The position numbers were made by a program, and so were the translations under genes. From NCBI GenBank assembly GCA_963708025.1, contig CAVPSB010000031.1:224001-288000 (forward strand): DNA of 64,000 nucleotides, in the 5' to 3' direction. This DNA comes from an uncultured Candidatus Rokubacteria bacterium. Lineage in GTDB: Bacteria; Methylomirabilota; Methylomirabilia; Rokubacteriales; DASRDR01. Below, piece after piece: positions 41,566 to 50,403 of the stretch. Each line of letters begins with the position of its first letter. Position 1 is the first letter of the stretch. The notes beneath the pieces were generated by a model. The model made no database searches. It was not told the origin of the DNA and worked only from the letters and a program-made list of their open reading frames with translations.

Positions 41566-43416
41566 CTGAGCTCGGCGCCGGAGCCCGGCGCCCGCCGGGC
41601 CCAGGTCGTGGTCGGGCTACCCGTCCCCCGCGTCTTCAGCTATTCCGTCCCCCCGCACCTGGCGGCCGGGCTCGCCCCGGGCCACCGGGTGCGCGTGCCG
41701 TTTCACGGCCGGGCCCGGGCCGGCGTGGCGGTCGAGGTCGCGGACGGGGAGGTCGCCGGGCTCGAGCCGGTCGAGGCGCTTCTCGATCCGGTCCCGGCGC
41801 TCACCGAGCCGCTACTGGCCCTCGCGCGCTGGGCCGCCATCGAGACCGCCAGCGCCTGGGGCGAGGCCGTCGCGCGCGCCCTGCCGCCGTCGGCCCGTCC
41901 GCGCGGCCCGGCGTCGCTCCCGGGAGACCCGCCGCCATCGCCGCCGGGGCCGCTCGTCGTCGGCTACGGCGGCGGGCGAGCTCGCCTGGTGGAGGCCGCG
42001 GTGCGGCGGGCGCTCGACGACGGCCGAGGGGCGCTGGTCCTCGCTCCGGAGATCGAGACGGCGGCCGCCTGGGCCACGGTCCTCGAGCGACTGGTGGGCG
42101 AGCCGGTGCCCTGCCTCACCAGTGACGCGAGCGCCCGCCGGCGGTGGGAGGTCTGGTGGGCCTTCCGGCAGGGCGCCATGCGTGTCGCGGTCGGCACGCG
42201 GGTCGCCGCGTTCCTGCCGGTTCGCGCGCTGGGCCTCACGGTCGTCCTCGACGAGCACGACCCGACGCACAAGGCGGTCGACGTGCCGCGCTGGCACGCG
42301 CGGGAGCTGGCGATCGGCCGCGCGCGCATCGAGGGCGGGGCCTGTCTGCTTGCCAGCGCCACGCCGAGCCTCGAGAGCTGGGCGCGCCTCCAGGCCGGCC
42401 AGGCGACGGCCGAGGAGGCGAAGACCGACGGGTGGCCGGTCGTCCACCGAGTCGACCTCCGGACTGGCGCCGGCGCGGGTTGCCTGTCGCCCGAGCTGCG
42501 GGAGGCGGTGCGGGCAGCGCTCGCCGCCGGGCAGTCGGTGCTCCTCCTCCTGAACCGCCTGGGTTACGGTCGCGCCCTCGGCTGTGGAGACTGCGGCGCC
42601 GTCCGTCGCTGCCCCCGCTGTCGGGTCGCCTTCACGTACCATTTCGGCACGCGCCTCCTGGCCTGCCGGCTCTGCGGCGAGCGGGAGCCCGCCCCGCGCC
42701 AGTGCGAGCGCTGCCGCGGCCGGCGCCTCCAGGCGCTCGGCTGGGGGACGGAGCGGCTCGAGGCCGAGGCGCAGGCGACCTTCCCCGGGGTCCAGGTCGC
42801 GCGCTACGACGGCGAGCTGAGCCCGGAGCGGGCCATGGCGGTCCGCGACGCGTTTCGCGCGGGTCAGGTGCGGGTGCTCGTCGGGACGCAGATGGCGCTC
42901 CGGCTGGGCGCCGGGGCCCCGGTCGGCCTGGCCGCCCTCGTCCTGGCCGACGCGAGTCTGCATCGGCCCGACTTCCGGTCGGGCGAGCGGACGTTCCAGC
43001 TCGCCTGGCACCTGGCCGAGGCCGTGGCGCCGGGAGGGAGCCTGTGGCTCCAGTCCTACTATCCGGACCACCCGGCGCTGGAAGCCGTGGCCCTCGGCGC
43101 CCGCGAGCGATTCTACGAGCCCGAGTGGGCGGACCGCCGAGAGCTCGGGTATCCGCCCGCGCGCCGGATGGCCCGGATCGTCGCCGAGGGCGCCGACGCC
43201 AGCCGGCTGGCGACCGACCTGGCTGGCCGCGCCCGGGCCGCCGGACTCTCGGTCCTCGGGCCCGCCCGGATGGCGGCCGGCCGGTTGCAGCTCCTGCTGC
43301 TGGGCGGTGACGAGCTGCCGGCCGCCGTGGCGGACACCCTCGAGCCGCTTCGCGGCCGGCGCCGGGTGGGCTCGGTCCGGCTGACGGTCAACGTCGATCC
43401 GGTGGAGCTCTCCTGA
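41566..43416 (+). CDS. priA: Primosomal protein N' (PriA), short form with degenerate helicase motifs; start uncertain (CTG 41566 or GTG 41608)
   Basis: N-terminal FSYSVP..GHRVRVPF, LAPEI, SATPSLES, NRLGY plus four CxxC pairs, GTERL, PDFR and ELGYPP. Confidence 0.85.
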   Translation: MSSAPEPGARRAQVVVGLPVPRVFSYSVPPHLAAGLAPGHRVRVPFHGRARAGVAVEVADGEVAGLEPVEALLDPVPALTEPLLALARWAAIETASAWGEAVARALPPSARPRGPASLPGDPPPSPPGPLVVGYGGGRARLVEAAVRRALDDGRGALVLAPEIETAAAWATVLERLVGEPVPCLTSDASARRRWEVWWAFRQGAMRVAVGTRVAAFLPVRALGLTVVLDEHDPTHKAVDVPRWHARELAIGRARIEGGACLLASATPSLESWARLQAGQATAEEAKTDGWPVVHRVDLRTGAGAGCLSPELREAVRAALAAGQSVLLLLNRLGYGRALGCGDCGAVRRCPRCRVAFTYHFGTRLLACRLCGEREPAPRQCERCRGRRLQALGWGTERLEAEAQATFPGVQVARYDGELSPERAMAVRDAFRAGQVRVLVGTQMALRLGAGAPVGLAALVLADASLHRPDFRSGERTFQLAWHLAEAVAPGGSLWLQSYYPDHPALEAVALGARERFYEPEWADRRELGYPPARRMARIVAEGADASRLATDLAGRARAAGLSVLGPARMAAGRLQLLLLGGDELPAAVADTLEPLRGRRRVGSVRLTVNVDPVELS

Positions 43417-43902
43417 TGCCAATCAGGAGTCTCGCGTTTCGCGTCGAGGCGCGCTGGCCGATCCCTGGGGCCCGCGCCGCCTCCGCCCGAGTCCGGGACG
43501 CCGACGCAGGCGTGAGTGGACCGGAGCCGTCCTTCGGAACAGAGCGATTGACGCGATTCGCCTCTCGGTCATGGGTGAGGCTCTCAGCACGACCATGATC
43601 TACACTAATCTACACTCACGTTCTGAACCGCGCCCGGGCGCGGTCCGAAGTCCGGCGGACCGGAAGTTCCGCACATGACGCCATCGCCCTCGGCTGGCGC
43701 CGCGCATCGTCTGACCAGACTCGACGGTTCCGCAGAGCACGGACGGCTTCCGCACGACGGCGTGACCTAAGCTGTGGAAACTCCACGTTGAGGTTTCCGG
43801 TCGATTCCGAGCCCTACGCGGCTGCTACACTGCAGCGCACGCTGCGTCACCGTTTCTCGACGGTTCCGCCGAATTCACGTTAGCCCGCTTCAGGAGCACA
43901 TA

Positions 43903-44469
<567 letters not shown>

Positions 44470-44591
44470 AGTCTATGATTCCCAGGTCGTCGTTCCTTCT
44501 ACATCGGGCCGCCAGCGGTCGCTTGGCGTGTCGCACTTAGCATGCGAATTCGCGGAAGCGGGCTAACACTTATCAGGCCCCCGGTTGTCAA

Positions 44592-45094
44592 GAGGAGACA
44601 CCGGTCCGTTCGCGGGAGCGGGAGGGTTCCCGCGTGACGAGGCGGCCCCGTTCGGCGCAGCGAGCCGTGCGCTGACTTGATTTCGAAGGCGGCGTCAGAC
44701 CACGTGGTCTGCACCAAACACTTATTGACGCTCAATCTGGCGACCGGACAGCCGTCGGGTCCCCAGAGCGGAGAGGGCATCTCCGCGGCCTAGAAACTCA
44801 TCGGTGCCCTCCTGCCGGCCGACTCAATGCGGGCGGGCTCTGGCGCAAGACCAGTCCCAGTTAGCACGCAGCTCGGGGGAGGGGCAGCCCACAGCGCTCG
44901 GGCCGATAGGGCGCCGAGAGGAAGGTCGAGCGGGCACGGCGTCCAATCAACGCACCGGACTCCGGGACATGCACGGCCCACATGCCGGCACGCGGTCGCG
45001 GCCGCAGGAGACGACGCGGCATCACGGTCGGGCTCAGTCCCCGGGCGGGTCCAGTTAGACGGCAGGCTCATCCGTGCCCCTCGAGCGCAAGCGG
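44592..45094 (-). ncRNA. Candidate bridge/seek RNA region of the IS (exact ends unknown)
   Basis: About 500 bp non-coding downstream of the transposase, as in the IS1111 group; contains a 9-nt match to the IS end junction and CUAAC attC-like motifs. Confidence 0.5.
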
Positions 45095-46291
45095 TTAGCC
45101 GGTGGCGGTCATGACGGCCTCCGGGGGATTGGCGGTGGGGACAATGGACCGTGGCTTCCGAGCCCCGCGCCGCCGGGCGCCGGCGATCGCCGGGTCCAGC
45201 GGAGCGTCGGGCTCGACCTCGGCGCGCACCGGCGGCGCCGGGGTGGTGGGCAGGGGGAAGAAGCGGGTCGCATCGAAGGCCTGCTCGCGGTGGAGCATAT
45301 AGTAGATGGCCCGCGCGAGCTTGTGGGCCAGGATGGTGAGCGCTTTGGCCTTGCCGTGCTGCTGGGCGAGGCGAGCGACGTACCGCTGGGCCGCGGGATT
45401 CTTGCGCAAGCTGAGGACGGCGGCCTCGGAGAAGGCCCACTTGAGATGGACGTTGCCGATCTTCTTGCCGGAGTATCCATAGTGCTTCCCGTCGGACTGC
45501 TTGGCGCACTTGACGAGCCGGCAGTAGGAGACGAAGTCCTGGACGCGCGGGAAGCGGTGGATGTCGTGGATCTCGTAGAGGAGCACGAGCGACAGGATCT
45601 TGCCGATCCCCGGCACGGAGCGGAGGCGGTAGAAGGCGTTGACGTCGTGGACCTTGGCGCTGCGGGTGAGATGCAGCTCGAGGTCGGTGAGGAGCCGATC
45701 GTAGTGGTCGAGGAGGTCGAGGTTCGTCTCGATGCTCTTGCGCACCTCGGGATCGGCAAACTGCTCGGCCACGTCGGTCCGGTTGGCTTTGTAGGCAATC
45801 TTCTTGCCGAAGGTGGGCAGGATGTACTGGCTGGTGGTGTTCTGGATGTGGGTCAGGAGCTCGGCGCGCTGGCGCATGAAGTGGCACCGCCGGCGCAGCA
45901 GGTCCCGGGTGGCCCGCATCTCGCGCGGGTAGACGTAGGCCATCGGCAGCATACCGCCGCGCAGCAGCACGGCGATCTTGTGGGCGTCGATCTTGTCGTT
46001 CTTGGCCTTGCCGCCGTGGATCGCCTTCATGTACAGGGCGTGACCGAGGACGAAGGCGATCCCCTCCTGCGCGCAGAGGTCGGCGACCCAGTACCAGGTG
46101 AAGATGCACTCGACGGCCACCACGATGTCCTCGCGGTATGCCGCGATCGTGGCCAGCAAGTGCTCCGGGGTGGCGGGGCCATTGCGGTGGACGCGCACCT
46201 TACCCTCGGCGTCCAGCACGCAGATGTACATCCGTCGGGCGTGCAGATCGATCCCACAGTAGTATCGGTGCTGCGCAGTGTAGAATCTCAT
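45095..46291 (-). CDS. IS110-family DEDD transposase/recombinase
   Basis: YCGIDLH, VAVE, KNDKIDA, SVPGIG, SYCRL..SDGK and GNVHLKWAF motifs; AGGAGGAG RBS before the ATG at 46291. Confidence 0.95.
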   Translation of the reverse strand: MRFYTAQHRYYCGIDLHARRMYICVLDAEGKVRVHRNGPATPEHLLATIAAYREDIVVAVECIFTWYWVADLCAQEGIAFVLGHALYMKAIHGGKAKNDKIDAHKIAVLLRGGMLPMAYVYPREMRATRDLLRRRCHFMRQRAELLTHIQNTTSQYILPTFGKKIAYKANRTDVAEQFADPEVRKSIETNLDLLDHYDRLLTDLELHLTRSAKVHDVNAFYRLRSVPGIGKILSLVLLYEIHDIHRFPRVQDFVSYCRLVKCAKQSDGKHYGYSGKKIGNVHLKWAFSEAAVLSLRKNPAAQRYVARLAQQHGKAKALTILAHKLARAIYYMLHREQAFDATRFFPLPTTPAPPVRAEVEPDAPLDPAIAGARRRGARKPRSIVPTANPPEAVMTATG

Positions 46292-46380
46292 CCAGTCTCC
46301 TCCTTGCCCCGGCGGGGCGGTGTTGTTTGGCCGCAATCACCTTACCCTGACGTGTGGCAAGGGGGGGCCTGGATGAGGAT

Positions 46381-46438
46381 CAACTCGCTCCAGCCGACCC
46401 CTCGCTGCGCTCGGGGCGGCTGAGCTCGGCCGTTAGCG
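46381..46438 (+). other. attC site of cassette 1 (3' part; its R'' GGCTAAC is at 44561-44567)
   Basis: CAGCCGACCCC..GGGGCGGCTG stem; R' GTTAGCG at 46432. Confidence 0.85.
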
Positions 46439-46453
46439 GGCTGAAGGTGTCGC

Positions 46454-46933
46454 GTGGTTGATCGTGCAGACGAAATGCTGGCCCGCATTGCCGGCGCGAT
46501 CGTGCCGCCTGCGGTTCGACAGCAGACGGAGCATGCGGCTCTTCACGACCTATACGCGGAGATTCCGATCAGATTCCCGGTTCTCTACGAGGACCTGATC
46601 CTTGGGTATCGGTGGGAAGCTGGTGCGGAACTCGGCTCGTTGGAGCTTCTCGCGAACCCAATGGGGCATGCATCGCTGGCAGGCCTTCTGGTATCGATTC
46701 GCTACGATCCGCACCTGGCGGCGGCCTTGCTGCCCGCGAGCCTCGTGCCGTTCGCGCGGCCAGCCGGCGGGAGCTATGACCCAGTCTGCTTCAGGAAGAG
46801 CGCGGGCGTACGTGACTGCGAGGTTGTCCAGATCGATCACGAGAGCATTCTCTGCAACCACAAGATCAAGGTCACCGCGGTCCTTGCCCCGAGCTTTCGG
46901 AGGTTGGTCGAGAATGTGCTGTCAGCCCGCTAA
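46454..46933 (+). CDS. Hypothetical cassette protein (possibly SMI1/KNR4-like), cassette 2
   Basis: The TAA stop lies inside the inverse core CGCTAAC; YDPVCF..VVQIDHE resembles SMI1/KNR4 C-termini (weak). Confidence 0.6.
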   Translation: MVDRADEMLARIAGAIVPPAVRQQTEHAALHDLYAEIPIRFPVLYEDLILGYRWEAGAELGSLELLANPMGHASLAGLLVSIRYDPHLAAALLPASLVPFARPAGGSYDPVCFRKSAGVRDCEVVQIDHESILCNHKIKVTAVLAPSFRRLVENVLSAR

Positions 46934-46959
46934 CAAGCGCGTTACGCACAACGTTATGC
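46928..46959 (+). other. Internally deleted attC (32 bp)
   Basis: R'' CGCTAAC and R' GTTATGC are only 18 nt apart, with no L boxes or stem. Confidence 0.65.
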
Positions 46960-47057
46960 GGCATTCGACGCCGTGCGGCGTATCCTGTGTGATGGCCGCT
47001 ATGGCCAGAAGCCGGCATTGGCTGCCGCTGCGGATTGACCGGCCAGGTCACCAAAGG

Positions 47058-48095
47058 ATGCCCGGCGCGATAAGAACCGCTTGCCTGGTGCTCCCGTTGT
47101 TGTTGACGTCCTCGCTCGCGGAGGCGAACGGGAAGGATATCGTTCTCGCCGATAGCCGGAGCGATGAGATAAGGAAAGGGACAGTTATCGGAAGTAAGGG
47201 ACGACATCTGAACGCCGATGACCGCATACGCGATCTCCTCGGCCACCCAGCCTTCGCCGGTTTCGCGAGGCTGCTGTTGCCGTGGGATGGCCGTAGCTAT
47301 GACCAAGCCATGCGCCTGAGCGATATCGGCTCGCTCCTGCCGTATCACAGCCACGTGGATCCTAAGACGGTGGTGGGCGCACTCAATCGCATGATCGACG
47401 ATGTAAATAGCGGTCACGCCGTGTTCTTCCCGTTCTACAGCGAAGAACAGAAGCAGAAGCAACCCGCACGCGAACATACAGGTTTGTTCTTCTTCCGCGG
47501 AAAGCCCAGTGCTCCCTTCGCCGTGATATCCCCCGGCGGTGGCTTCTCCTATGTTGGGGCCGTCCACGAAGGGTTCCCCTATGCCAGCGAAATCAGCGCC
47601 ATGGGCTACAACGCTTTCGTGCTGCGATATCGCGCAGGCTATGGCGGCGCAGTGGCCACCGAGGATCTAGCTGCAGCCATCTCCTACATCTTCCGCAACG
47701 CGAAGGCGCTCGGCGTCAGCGTCCGAGACTACTCCCTTTGGGGAAGCTCGGCCGGCGCAAGGATGGCGGCTGCCATCGGTTCGCACGGCGTTGCCGCCCA
47801 TGGTGGCGACATGATTCCAAAACCGTCAGCGGTCGTGATGGCCTACACAGCCCATTCAGATCACTCGTCCGCTGAGCCTCCGACCTTCGTCGTGGTCGGC
47901 GAACAGGACGCAATCGTGCCGCCGGCTTCGATGGAAAGGCGAATTGCGGCCCTGCGCAGCGCAGGAACAGAGGTGGAGTACCATAAGTATAGAAATCTCG
48001 GTCATGGCTTCGGGCCAGGAACCGGGACCAGCGCCGAAGGCTGGATCGCGGACGCCGTTCGGTTCTGGGAAAAGTTCATCACCCAACGGAACTGA
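47058..48095 (+). CDS. Exported alpha/beta hydrolase, cassette 3
   Basis: Signal peptide; PGGGF oxyanion motif, GSSAG nucleophile, GEQD and GHGFG motifs. Confidence 0.85.
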   Translation: MPGAIRTACLVLPLLLTSSLAEANGKDIVLADSRSDEIRKGTVIGSKGRHLNADDRIRDLLGHPAFAGFARLLLPWDGRSYDQAMRLSDIGSLLPYHSHVDPKTVVGALNRMIDDVNSGHAVFFPFYSEEQKQKQPAREHTGLFFFRGKPSAPFAVISPGGGFSYVGAVHEGFPYASEISAMGYNAFVLRYRAGYGGAVATEDLAAAISYIFRNAKALGVSVRDYSLWGSSAGARMAAAIGSHGVAAHGGDMIPKPSAVVMAYTAHSDHSSAEPPTFVVVGEQDAIVPPASMERRIAALRSAGTEVEYHKYRNLGHGFGPGTGTSAEGWIADAVRFWEKFITQRN

Positions 48096-48255
48096 TGCGC
48101 CGGATGCCCCGCTGCTCCGTCTGTTTACGCGGCTATTCAACCGCTTCCAATGCCGGTGGCGTCAACTCGCATCTGCGTGTCCCGTCCTTCCCCAAGCAAA
48201 ACATGTCTGCTTTGGGCGAAAGTGGATAACCAGTGGCTGCCTCAACCAAAATGCC

Positions 48256-48333
48256 GCATAACTTCCGCATGCACCTGACCGGCTACAGCGGGCTTCGCCC
48301 GCTTCCGCCGGCAGGTGATGCGGGGCGTTAGCG
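48256..48333 (+). other. attC site of cassette 3
   Basis: GCATAAC-TTCCG-CATGCACCTG...CAGGTGATGCGG..GTTAGCG with a central GCGGGCTTCGCCCGC hairpin; 78 bp. Confidence 0.88.
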
Positions 48334-48368
48334 CGCATTCGATTAAGGCCGGTGGATAGGGGTGGGGC

Positions 48369-48650
48369 GTGGCCTACGTCTTCGAATGGGACGCGGCAAA
48401 GGCGATCGCGAATGTCCAGAAGCATCGTGTCACGTTCGACGAAGCGTCCACGGTCTTCGGCGACCCGCTGGCGTTGCTAATGCCCGATCCGGATCACTCG
48501 GAAGGCGAGGAGCGTTACCTGCTCCTCGGGATGTCAACTCGTCAGCGGCTCTTGGTGGTAGCCTTCTCAGAGCGCCTACCCCAGACGCGGCTCATCTCAG
48601 CCAGACGGGCGACCCGACGAGAGCGGAGGCGATATGAAGCGAAGAGCTAG
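48369..48650 (+). CDS. BrnT-family toxin (type II TA), cassette 4
   Basis: FEWDAAKA..N..KH.V.F.EA..VF.D, EER and RLISAR.A motifs. Confidence 0.9.
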   Translation: MAYVFEWDAAKAIANVQKHRVTFDEASTVFGDPLALLMPDPDHSEGEERYLLLGMSTRQRLLVVAFSERLPQTRLISARRATRRERRRYEAKS

Positions 48651-48882
48651 GGGCGGTAACGGAGCAGCCGAGCGCGACACACTGCGGCCTGAGTACGATT
48701 TCACTCGAGCTGTCCGCGGTGCAACTGCAGCCCGGTACGCCGAGGGCGCCAATATCGTAGTCGTCGATCCCGCGGTCCTCGACGTGTTCCCAGACGGAGC
48801 GTCGGTAAACGAGGCGCTCAGGGCACTGGCACCCGTCATTCGGCGAGGTCGGCGTGGCGTGCGCCGGCGGCGAAGCGCCTGA
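48634..48882 (+). CDS. Cognate antitoxin (BrnA-like), cassette 4
   Basis: Overlaps the toxin gene; LRPEYDF..RG..YA..VFPD..SVNEALRAL. Confidence 0.8.
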   Translation: MKRRARGGNGAAERDTLRPEYDFTRAVRGATAARYAEGANIVVVDPAVLDVFPDGASVNEALRALAPVIRRGRRGVRRRRSA

Positions 48883-48933
48883 CTTCGGCATGCAGCCGAC
48901 GCCTTCGGCCGCGGCTGACGCCGATCGTTCGGC
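48877..48933 (+). other. attC site of cassette 4
   Basis: GCCTGAC-TTCGG-CATGCAGCCG...CGGCTGACGCCGA-GTTCGGC; 57 bp. Confidence 0.75.
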
Positions 48934-48986
48934 GGGCAAGAAGCACCCGTGAGTGGGGCTCGGTACAAGCGCGAAGGCCAGGTGCC

Positions 48987-49544
48987 ATGACACTTGAACG
49001 CATTGAACGCTATGTCATCGAGCCGAGTGCTCATGGCGCCGTCCTGAGAATGCGCCAAGGCCGGCGTGCCCTGGGCGTCGCGTTCTTGTCACTCGCCGTT
49101 TTGCTCGTGAGCTGGTGGTTCGGGCCGTATGAACCACGGCCTGGTTCGGACTGGGCGCTATCGGATTCGTTTTACTGGCTTTGGTCCGGCTTTTTTTCGC
49201 TGGGCTTCATCTTGGGACTGCTTGGCGCCTTGTACCGAGAGAATTGGACCATCAGCGCGCAGGATATCGTCGTGACGAGATCGGTCGGGCCCTGGCGCAG
49301 GACTCGCCGCGTCTCGAGGGGTCGCTCGGTAGGGATTCGCGTTGAGATCATCACGGGCGGAGGCGATGGGCCGATCTTCCCATACCAACTCCGCTTCTTG
49401 GATGCTGAGCAGAAAGATTCGGGACTTCGGATTGAATTGCAACTGACCCGCAGCGTGGATCAGGTTCTCGAGGCGTTACGTCCAGTGCTGGCATTGGAAG
49501 TCGATGACCGGAGGAAGAGCTACCGAACAACCGGATGCAGCTGA
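48987..49544 (+). CDS. Hypothetical two-TM membrane protein, cassette 5
   Basis: Two hydrophobic helices; the ORF fills the space between two attC sites. Confidence 0.65.
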   Translation: MTLERIERYVIEPSAHGAVLRMRQGRRALGVAFLSLAVLLVSWWFGPYEPRPGSDWALSDSFYWLWSGFFSLGFILGLLGALYRENWTISAQDIVVTRSVGPWRRTRRVSRGRSVGIRVEIITGGGDGPIFPYQLRFLDAEQKDSGLRIELQLTRSVDQVLEALRPVLALEVDDRRKSYRTTGCS

Positions 49545-49646
49545 CGAGCGCCCTCGCTGCGGCCCCACGGGGACGGAGGAGGGGCACTCCGCGTGCTCGC
49601 CCTTCGGCGAGCACCGGGCGCTCGCAGCTGATCCGGGGTGTTCGGC
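49522..49646 (+). other. attC site of cassette 5
   Basis: ACCGAAC-AACCG-GATGCAGCTGACGAGCGCCC...GGGCGCTCGCAGCTGATCCGG..GTTCGGC; 125 bp. Confidence 0.85.
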
Positions 49647-49710
49647 TCCGAGGACCAGACCAGAGGGAGGTGAGTCTCGACGCGGCAGGGTCCGGCCCGG
49701 AATACGGCCA

Positions 49711-49797
49711 ATGACAAGGCAGGCGATCCTCTTCGGTTGCGATGGACCACGCATCGGTCTTGTCACTCTCGGCGTCGCCGACCTTGAAAGAGCCTGA
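49711..49797 (+). pseudogene. Remnant of a VOC/glyoxalase-family cassette gene
   Basis: PRIGLVTLGVADLERA* matches the N-terminus of VOC proteins and then stops. Confidence 0.55.
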
Positions 49798-49851
49798 GTC
49801 GGGTCGAGCTCCTGAGGGTACAATAGGTCGGCAAGGGAGAGGGGACGGCCC

Positions 49852-50373
49852 ATGGCGATCCTTCCGGTCCGGCTCTATGGAGACCCCCTGCTTCGCCGGC
49901 GCGCCGAGCCGGTTCGGGAGGTCACGCCCGAGATCGACGCGCTGATCGACGACATGATCGAGACGATGTACGACGAGACCGGGATCGGGCTCGCTGCTCC
50001 GCAGGTCGGCTGCGGCCTCCGCCTCCTGGTGGTGGACGAGGGGAAGGGCGTGGCGCGGGCGTACCTGAACCCCGTCGTCGTGGAGCAGAGCGGGCAGGCC
50101 GTCGCCGAGGAAGGCTGCCTCTCCCTGCCCGGGATCTTCGCCGACGTGGCGCGGGCCGAGTCGGTGGTGGTGGAGGCTCGGGACCGGGCGGGCGCCCCCA
50201 TCCGCCGCCCGGCGTCGGGCCTCCTGGCCCGGGTCTTCCAGCACGAGATCGATCACCTGGATGGCGTCCTCTTCATCGATCGCCTGGACCGCGTCACGCG
50301 CGACCGGATCAAGCGCCGGATCAAGCGCCACGGGTTTCCGGAGGACGTCCCCGCGGGCGCCGCGGCCCTCTAG
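49852..50373 (+). CDS. def: Peptide deformylase
   Basis: GIGLAAPQVG, EGCLS and QHEIDHLDG motifs. Confidence 0.96.
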   Translation: MAILPVRLYGDPLLRRRAEPVREVTPEIDALIDDMIETMYDETGIGLAAPQVGCGLRLLVVDEGKGVARAYLNPVVVEQSGQAVAEEGCLSLPGIFADVARAESVVVEARDRAGAPIRRPASGLLARVFQHEIDHLDGVLFIDRLDRVTRDRIKRRIKRHGFPEDVPAGAAAL

Positions 50374-50403
50374 TCGGGCCGACCCCGGGCGCGCGGCCGC
50401 CTC

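Larger units (their letters stand above)
44569..46380 (-). mobile_element. IS1111-type (IS110 family) insertion sequence inserted in an attC site
   Basis: Flanked by CA (44567-44568 and 46381-46382); imperfect subterminal IRs CTTATCAGGCCCCC and GGGGGCCTGGATGAG; removing it rebuilds GCTAACAACTCGCTCCAGCC...GGCTGAGCTCGGCCGTTAGC. Confidence 0.9.

Noticed and set aside
45093-45100. Transposase stop codon inside GGCTAAC as an attC inverse core
   Set aside because: No matching L boxes or R' site downstream on that strand; probably coincidental.
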